NCBI GenBank assembly: GCA_965215885.1
Contig: CBDCEW010000090.1
Span: forward strand, 54,393 to 118,392
DNA: 64,000 nucleotides
DNA from: Candidatus Moanibacter sp.
GTDB lineage: Bacteria; Verrucomicrobiota; Verrucomicrobiia; Opitutales; UBA2987
Direction: 5' to 3'
Under the pieces are notes generated by a model, which made no database searches, was not told where the DNA came from, and worked only from the letters and a program-made list of their open reading frames with translations. The translations under genes were made by a program, and so were the position numbers. This document shows positions 22,186 through 32,477 of this stretch, one piece after another (position 1 is the stretch's first letter; every line of letters begins with the position of its first letter).

Positions 22186-22431
22186 GTGAAAAAAGACATT
22201 CATCCTGAGATGCATCCGGTCTGTTTTGTCGACGTTTCGTCGGGCAAGAGATTTCTAACGAAGTCGACCTTGAAATCGAAAAAGACAGAGATGATTGATG
22301 ATGTGGAGCACCATGTTGTGGTGAGAGACGTGACAAGTGATTCTCATCCCGCTTACACCGGTGAAAGGCGTTTTGTAGATACGGCCGGCAGGGTCGAAAA
22401 GTTCAAGAATAAGTTCCGCCGGCAGCGATAG
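22186..22431 (+). CDS. rpmE: 50S ribosomal protein L31, type B
   Basis: MKKDIHP...SDSHPAYTG...VDTAGRVEKF; no Zn-ribbon. Confidence 0.95.
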   Translation: MKKDIHPEMHPVCFVDVSSGKRFLTKSTLKSKKTEMIDDVEHHVVVRDVTSDSHPAYTGERRFVDTAGRVEKFKNKFRRQR

Positions 22432-22471
22432 CATTCGGAACCGGTCTGTCATTGGTTGTGGCTTTGCTGCA

Positions 22472-23713
22472 CTATGATCTCAGGGGACGGGCCGGCTCAA
22501 ATGTGTGGATAAAAAGGCCGGATCGAAGTTTCGGCTCAAACCAGGTGGTCTTTGGCGTCATTATGCCGCCGGAGTCGGCGATTTCCATCAATTGGGCAAC
22601 GGTCACCGGGTACATTGAAAAAGCGGCGATCGCTTCGCCGTCATCGATCTGCCGTTCGAGGTGATCGGTTCCTCGGATTCCCCCGATGAATTTGATCCGA
22701 TCGCTGGTTCTCTGATCGGAAATATCGAATATCGGACTCAAGATCTTTTCCTGGAGCCAATTCATATCCAAACCGGAAACGGGATCGTCGGATACCAGAG
22801 GATCAAACTTCAAGCCGTACCACTGACCGCCACAATACATCGCGATTTCAGCGGGACTTTTTGGAGAGGGAGGGGAATTTTCCACGACTTCGCAGCTGGC
22901 CGCGATGCGCTTGATGATGGAGTCGGCATCTGTTCCCTCGGTCGTCAGGATGAGCCGGTTATAGGGAAGAATATTGAGTTGTGAGTCCGGAAAGAGAACG
23001 CAGAGAAACCAATTGTAATCCTCATTTCCGGTGTGGTCCGGATTGCCTTGGCGCCTCTCTCTCCCAACGCGAGCGGCGCTGGCCGTTCGGTGATGACCGT
23101 CAGCTACGTAGAGGGCTGGTACGGCCTCGAAACAATTGATAATCCGGGTTCCTCCGGGAACTCGCCAGACGGTGTGCCGTATATTGTCTTCCGAGCGGAA
23201 GTCGTAGAGTGCCGGGGTCTGTTGGATCTCTTGGACGAGTTCGTCGATTTCGTCCCGCCCTCGATAAGTGAGAAATACCGGCCCGGGATTAGCGCTCAAG
23301 TCGCTCGTGAGCCTCGTGCGATCATCCTCCTTATCCGGCCTCGTCAACTCATGCCGCTTGATGAGGTCATTGGCATAATCCTCGACGTGGCAGAGGGCAG
23401 CGATCCCGACCTGGACGTGGCTTCCCCTCTCCAGCTGATAGATGTAGAGGCACCGTTGTTTATCCTGGATGAGATACTCCTTCTCTATGAAATTTGCGAA
23501 ATTACACACGGCACGCTGGTAGACTTCATCGGCGAATGGAGATATTTCATCCGGCAAGTCGATTTCAGCGCGGACAACGCGAAGCATGCTCAAGGAGTTG
23601 TCACGGCATAGAGCACGGGCTTCTCTTCGGTCCATAACATCGTAAGGAAGCGAAGCCACTTTGTGGGCAGCGCTTGCGGCCGGACGTAGAGCTTCAAAAG
23701 CGCGTATAAACAT
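22472..23713 (-). CDS. DUF1015 family protein
   Basis: PYDV, IKRHELTR, YVADGHHR, PKTTWFEPKLRSGL. Confidence 0.9.
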   Translation of the reverse strand: MFIRAFEALRPAASAAHKVASLPYDVMDRREARALCRDNSLSMLRVVRAEIDLPDEISPFADEVYQRAVCNFANFIEKEYLIQDKQRCLYIYQLERGSHVQVGIAALCHVEDYANDLIKRHELTRPDKEDDRTRLTSDLSANPGPVFLTYRGRDEIDELVQEIQQTPALYDFRSEDNIRHTVWRVPGGTRIINCFEAVPALYVADGHHRTASAARVGRERRQGNPDHTGNEDYNWFLCVLFPDSQLNILPYNRLILTTEGTDADSIIKRIAASCEVVENSPPSPKSPAEIAMYCGGQWYGLKFDPLVSDDPVSGLDMNWLQEKILSPIFDISDQRTSDRIKFIGGIRGTDHLERQIDDGEAIAAFSMYPVTVAQLMEIADSGGIMTPKTTWFEPKLRSGLFIHTFEPARPLRS

Positions 23714-23948
23714 CGAGGTGAGAGGGCAACAAAACTGGTGTGCGGAATCAAGCCTGTTAATCCTTTCCCAAAATCAGATGGAACCGGTCGGACCTGAAGC
23801 TTTTCGTCTTTGTGGACGCCAATAGTTCCACTCTACCGTGCGGCAGAGTTTGGTCCCGCAAAGAATGCGCCGGGGGCCTCGCTGTCCTGACAATTCCTTA
23901 CTGGTACGGATTAACTTCAGACCTCACTATATTGCCCCTCTAAAGGCA

Positions 23949-26174
23949 CTATGCAATCGCAAGTTTAAATCCCGATTTTTTGCCCAGTCGGAAGATGATT
24001 CTTCGGCCTGAACCGTCGGGCATCAGTAAGGGCTTCTGATTGAGAGTTTGCAGATACTCAAGCACCACCGCCTGCACCCGAGGGGGATAAGTTGCGGTGG
24101 GGAATAAATGCGCTTCGACCGCACAGCCCCTCTCTATAAGAACGCCGTCACTGTGAGTCAAATTGCGAAACAGATCGTGGTCGTCACGATAGTTGTTGTA
24201 GCGAGCTTTAAAGGGTTCGAGCTGCTTGTAGAAGCTGTTACGGGCGAAGATTTTCAAGGCATCCATGAGGGACTTGTTAGCGGTGTCCAGGCGGACATAG
24301 TTTTCATCAATGAGGCGCTGCAGCCTCGAGCATTCGGTGTCGATTTGCTCCAGTTCGAGTTGGAGGGCTTTGAGGGCCTGATCGAGTCGACGGATCTTTT
24401 CGCCCCTTGAGGCGCTTTTGCCCGGGTGGGCATGCTCGGCCAGGAGCAGTCTTTTCAATTCTTCGGTGCATTGCTGTTTTTGCTTCAGGAGGGCTTTGGC
24501 GGCACCGCTTTTCTCCTGCTTGTCCTCAAGGTGTTGGGCTAATCGCTTGTAGTGGACGGTGCGATAAGAGGTGATCTGATTAATCCCAAAGTGCTTATCG
24601 AGGTATTTGAAGTCATTCTCCTGAATCCAGCGACTGAACATCCCTTTGATTACCTCTTCATTTCGGGCCTGCTGATCGGTCGCCAGGATGCTCACGGTAA
24701 TGGTTCGATTTTTTGGATTGGTCGCCTCCACGATCCACTGCACCAGTTGAGGGTTTTTCTTCCAGGGGCCCCGCTGATAGCGAAGATGATACTCCTGGAG
24801 ATCTTCGGCATGGTTGCGCGCGCGCTGCAGGCGCAACTGCCCGTCGATCCGTTGGAGGGGCTGGGCGCTGGCCTTGTAACCTTTTTCCCAGGTAATGATT
24901 TCGAGTTGAGGGTGCTCCACGATGGCTTCGTAAAACCACTCCGCGGCGATCGCCCGGTCCACGTAAATACTCACCTTTTTATCAGCCGGCAACTGCACCA
25001 GCTCGAGCATCGCTTCGCAGTTGGGGATAAACCGTTCCCTTATATCCTCATAGTTGTCGGTACTCGCAAAATAGACCGGATAGCCCTTGAGGGTATGAAT
25101 AAAATCGCTGTGGAGCGCTTTGTCGGCCAGACGGATACCCGGACACCATCCCGCCAGCACCTTGCTCATTCCGGTGTAATGTTTGGTGTGCGGATCATAA
25201 TAAAAGCTCTCTTCATCCGAAGCATTCAGGCCCCTCGCGTTCACTCTGAGGATCTCTCTTAAAAGCCCTTCATCGGCCAGGGCGCTAAGGCTTTGGCGTT
25301 GCAGATAGGGGGTATACAGGACTCGCCCGATGAGTTTTTGCAGGTCTTCGAGATCGAGCAGTTTGCTCTGCTCGATATTGACCGCGGCCAACAACCCGCA
25401 AGCCACCCATTGTTTCAAAAGCCAGCCCTCTTCGCGATCAATCTGAGCGACTTCTCTGAGCGCGGCACTGAACAGAAGTACTCCCAGGTGCCGATACCAT
25501 TGCACCGCTTCGGAGCTCTCCCTCGAAAAATCGGGAGACCCCTTGCGATTGTCCCCTTCGCTTTCGGGGCTATTTTCTGCTTCTTGCTCCTGTTCGTCCC
25601 TCCCCGAGTCCTCCGGGCAATCCCAGGGAGTCTCCCGATTTTGCGCCCTCTCGGCTTCGGCCTCCTTTGCCCGGGCCTCTTTAAGCTCCTTAAAGACAGG
25701 GCGCAAAGTTTCCCCACTGAGGTTAACTCCGAACACCTCCTCGATCTCCCCCCGTATCTTCTTGCTGTAGCCATACCGACTCTCCCCATAGATCTGCCCG
25801 AAGCGCACCCGCACAAAACTCCGGATTTCCCTCGTCAATTTGCGATGAGCGCTGCGTCCCGCCAGCACTCGCGCTAAGGTCTCGGCATCTCCGCTTTGAA
25901 GCGCCTCCCCCCACCGCTTCATCGTTTTGGGGTCAACCTCAAATTGCTTCTCTAAGCGCCCTTTCTTCAACCCCGCATTGTAGAGGCGCCCCTCCAATAG
26001 CTTGAATTCAACTTGCTCCCGATCGTCCTCTACGACTTCAAAAAGCTCATGCCCGTAATAGACGTGCAGTTTGCCTTCCCTCAGATCCCGATAGACCGTG
26101 ATCGAGGGATTACCCTTGTCCACTCCAAGGATGCACTGTAAGAAGGTCTCTTCTTTGACGGTAGGTTTCTCCAT
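23949..26174 (-). CDS. Large putative transposase (741 aa; N-terminal HTH region, RNase H-like core)
   Basis: FYYDPH, YVDRA and RWIQENDFKY give candidate D-D-E residues; codon style differs from the flanking genes; element ends not clearly defined. Confidence 0.7.
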   Translation of the reverse strand: MEKPTVKEETFLQCILGVDKGNPSITVYRDLREGKLHVYYGHELFEVVEDDREQVEFKLLEGRLYNAGLKKGRLEKQFEVDPKTMKRWGEALQSGDAETLARVLAGRSAHRKLTREIRSFVRVRFGQIYGESRYGYSKKIRGEIEEVFGVNLSGETLRPVFKELKEARAKEAEAERAQNRETPWDCPEDSGRDEQEQEAENSPESEGDNRKGSPDFSRESSEAVQWYRHLGVLLFSAALREVAQIDREEGWLLKQWVACGLLAAVNIEQSKLLDLEDLQKLIGRVLYTPYLQRQSLSALADEGLLREILRVNARGLNASDEESFYYDPHTKHYTGMSKVLAGWCPGIRLADKALHSDFIHTLKGYPVYFASTDNYEDIRERFIPNCEAMLELVQLPADKKVSIYVDRAIAAEWFYEAIVEHPQLEIITWEKGYKASAQPLQRIDGQLRLQRARNHAEDLQEYHLRYQRGPWKKNPQLVQWIVEATNPKNRTITVSILATDQQARNEEVIKGMFSRWIQENDFKYLDKHFGINQITSYRTVHYKRLAQHLEDKQEKSGAAKALLKQKQQCTEELKRLLLAEHAHPGKSASRGEKIRRLDQALKALQLELEQIDTECSRLQRLIDENYVRLDTANKSLMDALKIFARNSFYKQLEPFKARYNNYRDDHDLFRNLTHSDGVLIERGCAVEAHLFPTATYPPRVQAVVLEYLQTLNQKPLLMPDGSGRRIIFRLGKKSGFKLAIA

Positions 26175-26358
26175 TTTTCTTCGAATTTGATGGTTCGAAG
26201 ATGAAGCCTACCGTTTTCTTTAGCTCTTAAAAGCCGGGAATTGTATCTGCGATTGCCCCCTGCCCGCCAACCCGCATGATAGCGAGTTCTGAACTTGGGC
26301 CCGACTTGCCTTCTCGTTGAATTTGCCGCACACTGGCTCTAGTTAAGTGATCTTCGCG

Positions 26359-26985
26359 ATGAAAGCACTTTTGGTTGTCGACATTCAGAATGACTTTTGT
26401 CCGGGCGGTGCGCTCGCCGTGCCGCAAGGTGATACCATCATACCGACTGTCAACGATTTGGGACAACACTTTGAGCATGTGCTGCTTACCCAGGATTGGC
26501 ATCCACGCGGACACTTGTCTTTCGCCTCTTCTTACGAGGGAAGGGAGCCGCTTGACTCAGTGCAGTTGGAGTATGGTGAACAGATACTGTGGCCGGATCA
26601 CTGTATACAGGGGACCGAGGGCGCCGAATTTCATCCGAAATTACATCTTGAAAGGGCAGAACTGATTATTCGAAAAGGATTTCACAAGGAGATCGATTCC
26701 TACTCGTCGTTTTTCGAGAACGACCATCGAACACCTACGGGTTTAGCCGGCTACTTGAGCGAACGAAAAATTGACACCTTGCACCTGTGCGGCCTCGCAA
26801 CGGACTTTTGCGTACATTGGTCGGCCGTTGACGGTATAAAGCTGGGACTGAACATTCACGTGATTCTGGACACTTCGCGAGGAATCGACACGAATGGGTC
26901 GATGGAGCATGCAATGCAGGAAATGAGAAAGGCGGGTGTGCGTTTCACTACTTCGGACGAGATTTTGGGGTTAAAGGCACGGTGA
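26359..26985 (+). CDS. pncA: Nicotinamidase/pyrazinamidase
   Basis: VDIQNDFCPGGAL, QDWHP, WPDHC, GLATDFCV. Confidence 0.95.
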   Translation: MKALLVVDIQNDFCPGGALAVPQGDTIIPTVNDLGQHFEHVLLTQDWHPRGHLSFASSYEGREPLDSVQLEYGEQILWPDHCIQGTEGAEFHPKLHLERAELIIRKGFHKEIDSYSSFFENDHRTPTGLAGYLSERKIDTLHLCGLATDFCVHWSAVDGIKLGLNIHVILDTSRGIDTNGSMEHAMQEMRKAGVRFTTSDEILGLKAR

Positions 26986-28310
26986 GAGAGGAGGAATTGG
27001 AGAGACACGATGGGAAACGGAAAAGCTATTCAAACGTCCGTCGTGATCATAGTCGTGCTCTAAAATCGAAAGAAGAGAGAACATCTGAGCCAATGCTTCC
27101 CAGTCTGCTCGACAACGATCTTTATAAATTCACCATGCAGGGCGCGGTACTGCAATGCTACCCTGAGGCGGAGGCAACATACGAATTTATAAATCGGGAT
27201 CCTGGGCGCCGATTCAATAAAGATTTTCTCCAGGAGCTGAGGAAGGAAATAGCCGCCTTGAACGATCTGGCTTTGACCGAGGACGAACTTGAATGGATGG
27301 CCGATTTGGAGCTGTTCGCTGGAGAGTACATTGAATGGCTAAGAGGATTCGCACTCTCGGTCGGCGAAGTGGAGGCCCGTTTCGATAGCGAGGGCAATCT
27401 GAGCGTCGAAGTTCGTGGGCCTTGGGTTCGAACAATACTGTGGGAAGTTCCCCTCATGGCCTTGATCAGCAAAATCTATTTCGAGATGATCGAGACAGAT
27501 TGGGATCACGTTCTAGCAAACTCCTTTGATATAGCGCTAAGGAAAGGGGTTCTCTTGTCCAGGGAAGGGTGCAGATTCTCCGATTTTGGGACTCGGCGGA
27601 GAAGAAGCCCGAGTGTGCACGAAGTGGTACTCCGCGCTTTCCTCGAACTTCCGGTACATCTGGAGCAGGGTGTCGAGAGCGGTTATTCCGGTACGAGCAA
27701 TGTGTATTATTCAAGGATGTTCGGAACGAGGCCAATAGGAACTGTGGCTCACGAGTGGACTATGGCGCACGCCGGTCTCTACGGTGTCGAGGAAGCGAAC
27801 GAACGAGCCCTGCGTACCTGGCTTGAAGTCTACGGGAGTGGCTTCAACATTGCCCTGACCGATACCTATACGACGGATTTATTTCTTAAGAGCTTCAGGG
27901 CTGACCTTGCACGTGCCTACGCCGGGGTACGTCATGACAGTGGAGATCCCTTTCCCTTCGTCGATCGAGTTTTGGAGCACTATAGAGATGACGAAATTGA
28001 TCCGGGAACGAAGACGCTCGTTTTCAGCGACGGACTCAATGTCGACAGGGCGATTGCGATCGAGAAACATGTGAATGGCCGTTCTGCCACCGCCTACGGA
28101 ATCGGGACCAATTTTACAAACGATTTTGCAGGCAGTCCCAGCCTGAATTTCGTCATAAAGATGACTGAAATCGAGGGGAAACAGGTGGTTAAGATCAGCG
28201 ATGACAGGGGTAAGTCGACCGGGGACGATAAGGTGCTGGAGGAAGTAGAGGAAATCCTCAGGCGCGGCTCTTCAGATCGTACTACGGATTACACCGATGG
28301 GCACGGATAG
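26982..28310 (+). CDS. pncB: Nicotinate phosphoribosyltransferase (alternative start 27093)
   Basis: LLDNDLYKFTM, DFGTRRR, GTVAHE, RHDSGDP, KISD. Confidence 0.95.
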   Translation: MREEELERHDGKRKSYSNVRRDHSRALKSKEERTSEPMLPSLLDNDLYKFTMQGAVLQCYPEAEATYEFINRDPGRRFNKDFLQELRKEIAALNDLALTEDELEWMADLELFAGEYIEWLRGFALSVGEVEARFDSEGNLSVEVRGPWVRTILWEVPLMALISKIYFEMIETDWDHVLANSFDIALRKGVLLSREGCRFSDFGTRRRRSPSVHEVVLRAFLELPVHLEQGVESGYSGTSNVYYSRMFGTRPIGTVAHEWTMAHAGLYGVEEANERALRTWLEVYGSGFNIALTDTYTTDLFLKSFRADLARAYAGVRHDSGDPFPFVDRVLEHYRDDEIDPGTKTLVFSDGLNVDRAIAIEKHVNGRSATAYGIGTNFTNDFAGSPSLNFVIKMTEIEGKQVVKISDDRGKSTGDDKVLEEVEEILRRGSSDRTTDYTDGHG

Positions 28311-28375
28311 GGATTTTTTGGACGAGCGAGCTTCCTACCCTCGCAGTGAATCTGGCGGAAAGGATAATCGAATTC

Positions 28376-29302
28376 CTAATCCTTTTTAGATGAGGTGCGT
28401 TTCTTCTTTCCCTTTGTGAAATGCCGATTCCCGAAAGTCAGTTCGGCTATGCCGGACTTGTCGAGTTCACCCAAGCCCTCAGAGATCATCAAACGGTATT
28501 GCTGAATAGTAGCGGCGTTGAGAGGCATCTTGATCTTCATTTTTCTTCCTAGGGCACCCGCTATACCGGAATCCTTAGCGGCGTGAGCAGAAGAGAAATA
28601 GCAATCGTGATCTCTGATCTGCATATCTTCCCCATCGGTTTCAAGGACTCTGGAATTTGCTCCCGTTTGAGAGAATACTTCCCGAAGCGTGTTGAGATTC
28701 AACCCCAGGGCGTCGCCCAGTCCCAATCCTTCCGCAAGGCCGGCCGTGTTAATGTTCATAACCATATTAACGAGCGCCTTAACCTCAGCCGCTTTCCCGG
28801 CAGTTCCGATATAGCGCATATCTGTGCTGAGATTCTTGAGAATGTTTCGCACTCGATTGAATACCGTCTTCTCGCCGCCAACCATTAAGTAGAGAGTTCC
28901 TTCGCGCGCCTGAGTGATACTTGATGCCATGCAGCCTTCGAGAGAGGAGGCTTTCGCTTTCCTGGCAAGGTTCTCGACCTCGACATGAATATGGGGTGAA
29001 ACTGTGGCACAATTTATAAAAACCCTACCGGCAGCGTTGGTGAGCAGATTGTCGCGCTTGCCCGCGAATATCCTCCTCATCGCCGCGTCGTCCGTTACGA
29101 CGGTAATCACCACTTCAGATGCCGCTGAAACATCGGCAAGTTTGCGACAATGAGTAGAACCCAACTCGTCGGCAAGCGATTGGGCCGAGTCTCGATTCGC
29201 GTCATAGACCGCACTGATTCTGTATCCACAATCTTTAAGCCGGCGGGCCATGTTGGAGCCCATTCTACCGACGCCAACGAATCCGATCTTCTTTTTTGCC
29301 AT
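28376..29302 (-). CDS. NAD(P)-dependent oxidoreductase, 3-hydroxyisobutyrate/6PGDH family
   Basis: GFVGVGRMGSNMA; KALVN. Confidence 0.88.
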   Translation of the reverse strand: MAKKKIGFVGVGRMGSNMARRLKDCGYRISAVYDANRDSAQSLADELGSTHCRKLADVSAASEVVITVVTDDAAMRRIFAGKRDNLLTNAAGRVFINCATVSPHIHVEVENLARKAKASSLEGCMASSITQAREGTLYLMVGGEKTVFNRVRNILKNLSTDMRYIGTAGKAAEVKALVNMVMNINTAGLAEGLGLGDALGLNLNTLREVFSQTGANSRVLETDGEDMQIRDHDCYFSSAHAAKDSGIAGALGRKMKIKMPLNAATIQQYRLMISEGLGELDKSGIAELTFGNRHFTKGKKKRTSSKKD

Positions 29303-29337
29303 GAATCTTTCCCGTTGATGAGTGAATTCGCTTTCTT

Positions 29338-30174
29338 CTATTTAAATTCGGGGTGGAAGGGGTTATGTGCTTTTTCCTGGGCCACGGTCGTCATTGGACC
29401 GTGCCCCGCGCAGATGACTGTGTCGTCGGGGAGGGATAAAATCTTGGTCCGGTTATTTTCGAGGGCCTGTTGGTAGGTGCCGGGCACTCCTCCCATGGAG
29501 CTGGCAAAGAGGGAATCGCCGGCGATGGCGACGGGATGCTCTAAACCATTGACCACAAAAGTTGTTCCACCGGGAGAGTGACCGTGTGTCAGGCGAGATT
29601 CTATTCGCAGACCGCCAACATTGAAAACTGCGCCTTCATCGAAAAGTTCCGCACCACCCACTGGTTCCAGGCGATTTACATGGACAGGAGGATTCCCTGT
29701 CTCAGATTTCAGACGATCGAGATCCGCGATATGATCGCCATGCGTATGTGTCAGTAAAATGAGCCCAACATGCAATCCCTCATCGGCGATGGTAGCGAGA
29801 ATACCCGTAACTGTCGCGCCTGTGTCGAACACGACCGCTTCTTTTGTATCTGGATCCCATATCAGATAGGAATTTACCGTCATCTCCTCGTAACCGGCGA
29901 TTGGAAACGGTGTATTGTATATTTCCAGGCCATTTAGGCTAACGTCTTCGGGAAACCAGGCCTTGAGACCGGCATCAATGAGAGAATCCGTATCCAGATT
30001 GAGTGCTGGGGCGACGGCGCGGGCGGTTGCTTCAAGATAAACTCCCGAATTCGCCGTATCGAGCTGTTCTTGTGTTATACCACACTTTGTGGTTAGTTCG
30101 GCATCGCTCAGTTTCAGGCCGCTTTGCGCCTTACCGATGATGTCCTCATAGAAGTCTTCAAGAGAGATTCTCAT
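29338..30174 (-). CDS. MBL-fold metallo-hydrolase with N-terminal HTH-like extension
   Basis: THTHGDH, GHSPG, GDSLF, GHG. Confidence 0.9.
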   Translation of the reverse strand: MRISLEDFYEDIIGKAQSGLKLSDAELTTKCGITQEQLDTANSGVYLEATARAVAPALNLDTDSLIDAGLKAWFPEDVSLNGLEIYNTPFPIAGYEEMTVNSYLIWDPDTKEAVVFDTGATVTGILATIADEGLHVGLILLTHTHGDHIADLDRLKSETGNPPVHVNRLEPVGGAELFDEGAVFNVGGLRIESRLTHGHSPGGTTFVVNGLEHPVAIAGDSLFASSMGGVPGTYQQALENNRTKILSLPDDTVICAGHGPMTTVAQEKAHNPFHPEFK

Positions 30175-30362
30175 GATTGAATACGCCTGGGTTTAGACAA
30201 CAGCAAAGCTTCTGCGCTGTGGTGTCTTTTGGCAAGGATTTTTGTCACGACGAATCCTCGGTATTGGTGGTAGTCCCGCTGAAGGCATATGAGCGTGGAT
30301 GGAAGGTCTCCTTTGTACTACCTTCTTGCGAAGAGTACGTGATTAGCGTGCCTTTGATTGCT

Positions 30363-30562
30363 GGCTGCCCCGGTCTTGTGCCGGGGTGGCGCGCGTTCCC
30401 TGCTATATACCGTGTGCTTCTACCAACCCCCACCCGTCCCTTCTCGCTCCAGTCCCGGGGCCCCGGGACTGGAGCGAGAAGGGACGGGCGGGGGGAGCAC
30501 GGCGGCAATTGCGTATTGTAGCTGTATACCGTGCGCCACCCCGGCACAAGACCGGGGCAGCC
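30363..30562. repeat. 200-bp nested palindrome
   Basis: Perfect 30-bp outer arms (30363-92 / 30533-62) around a perfect 56-bp palindrome (30433-30488). Confidence 0.9.
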
Positions 30563-30745
30563 TCAGAAGCGCTAAACAGGTATTGCGAAGGCCGCTACGC
30601 GAGGAGCTTTACGGTTGCGTAGAGAGGTAGCCGCGCTCGGTAGAGCGTTTAGGAATATGTCGGTGTTCGATTCACCTGCAACATTCGATTGCGCCCAGAT
30701 AGCGGAAAAACTCCGCCATTTCCAAAAGCGAAAACCGACAGATTC

Positions 30746-31624
30746 CTAGGCCGAAGCGGCGCGATTACTGGCGCCATAGGCACGGGATTGCTCGTCGGCA
30801 TGGTAGGATGACCGGACCAATGGTCCAGACTCGACAACGCCGAATCCCAGAGCGAGACCGTATTCCTTCCACTCGTGAAATTCCTCAGGCGTTACCCAGC
30901 GATCGATGGGAGCGTGATCGACGGTTGGTTGCAGATATTGTCCGATGGTGATAATTTCGACTCCAACCGAGCGCAAGTCGCCGAGGGTCTCCGCGATTTC
31001 GTTTTTCCGTTCGCCAATTCCAAGCATGATCCCGGATTTTGTGACGAAATCGCCGAACTTCGCGTGCTGCAGGATCGACAGTGTTCGCTCGTAGGTAGCC
31101 GACTTTCTTACTGGTTTTTGGAGGCGTCGGACGGTTTCCATGTTGTGATTGAGGATATCCGGCTTGGCATCGAGGACGGTGTCAAGGTCGTGCAGACGAC
31201 CCCGGAAGTCCGGGATTAGGACTTCAATGGCTGTTTCAGGATTGCTGTGGCGGACCGCTCGAATCGTGGCGGCCCACACAGCCGCGCCTCCATCTTCGAG
31301 GTCGTCTCGGGCAACCGATGTGATGACGCAGTGCCGAAGGTGCATCTTTGCGACTGCCAATGCCACGCGTGCCGGTTCACCTAAGTCTAGTTCAATCGGG
31401 CGTCCGGTTTCTACCGCACAAAACGAGCAGGATCTTGTGCAAATATCACCCAGAATCATCAACGTGGCCGTTCCGCGCGTCCAGCATTCGCCGATATTTG
31501 GGCAGTGAGCGCTTTGACAGACAGTATGAAGATCATTCGTCTCAATAATCCTTCGAACACCCTCGAAACCCGGACCCGAGGGAAGCCTCGCACGGAGCCA
31601 CTTTGGTTTACTATTTTGAGTCAC
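30746..31624 (-). CDS. lipA: Lipoyl synthase
   Basis: CQSAHCPNIGEC, CTRSCSFC, VRSSYHA. Confidence 0.96.
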   Translation of the reverse strand: MTQNSKPKWLRARLPSGPGFEGVRRIIETNDLHTVCQSAHCPNIGECWTRGTATLMILGDICTRSCSFCAVETGRPIELDLGEPARVALAVAKMHLRHCVITSVARDDLEDGGAAVWAATIRAVRHSNPETAIEVLIPDFRGRLHDLDTVLDAKPDILNHNMETVRRLQKPVRKSATYERTLSILQHAKFGDFVTKSGIMLGIGERKNEIAETLGDLRSVGVEIITIGQYLQPTVDHAPIDRWVTPEEFHEWKEYGLALGFGVVESGPLVRSSYHADEQSRAYGASNRAASA

Positions 31625-31739
31625 GGAAAGATTCTACGACCGTTAAGATGACGACATAATCGCTTTAGTTCCAATCGGTGTGGTGAGTAATCACGATCTC
31701 CCAGACTTTGTAATTGTTTGACCATTGAGAGCAATACCT

Positions 31740-31787
31740 AATCGGAATCGCCCGGTCTGCCGACCGGCAGACCGGGCGATTCCGATT
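31740..31787. repeat. Perfect 22-bp-stem hairpin directly after the DUF456 stop
   Basis: AATCGGAATCGCCCGGTCTGCC-gacc-GGCAGACCGGGCGATTCCGATT; no U-tract on the minus strand. Confidence 0.8.
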
Positions 31788-32276
31788 TCACGGAAGCCAG
31801 ACAAAGAAACCAGCGATCAGAATCATTGTAACTGCCATTTTAAAGAAGAAGGCAACAATTCCTCCGACCACGGTGCCTAATCCGGCCTTGCCCGCCTCTC
31901 GGACTTTTCGGCCACCAAGAATCTCGCCAACGATTGCGCCAATTACAGGGCCGAGTATCAGTCCGATGACGTTAAAGAGAAGCATTCCAATGATTCCACC
32001 GAATACGGCCCCTAGGCCACCCCTCCAGGTCGCACCAAATCTCTTCGCTCCCCAGTAGGTAAATACGATATCGACGACTTGCGCGGTGAGGACCAGCGCA
32101 GTGGCGATACCGAAAAAGAGCCAGGAGATGGAAGCATCCCATAGCCACATTTTGTGAACGAGTATGCCTATCCAAGTGACGACAGTTCCTGGAAATATCG
32201 GCAGAAATGACATGATGAAACCGGCCAGGAAGAAGAGAACTGTAACCGCGAGGGCAATTTGAGTTTCGTAAGGCAT
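31788..32276 (-). CDS. DUF456 family membrane protein
   Basis: LPIFPG, GAKRFGAT, GPVIGAIVGE. Confidence 0.88.
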   Translation of the reverse strand: MPYETQIALAVTVLFFLAGFIMSFLPIFPGTVVTWIGILVHKMWLWDASISWLFFGIATALVLTAQVVDIVFTYWGAKRFGATWRGGLGAVFGGIIGMLLFNVIGLILGPVIGAIVGEILGGRKVREAGKAGLGTVVGGIVAFFFKMAVTMILIAGFFVWLP

Positions 32277-32477
32277 TCTCGATTTTTCAAAACAATGGGG
32301 TAAATTGTTGCCTAGCGGTCTGTCGGACTTATATGTCTCTTTCCGAAGAGTGACTCGGTTTAAATCCGATCCAGGCTAGGAGCCTTTCGGACTTTCTCCG
32401 CAGGCTCCAAGATACAAGAAAATGAAACTGAGATTTGTGGGAAAGTGGTCGAATTATTCTTCTGCTGATACGCGCCA

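Noticed and set aside
31740..31787. Classical intrinsic terminator
   Set aside because: No U-tract in the direction of the upstream gene; kept only as a hairpin repeat.
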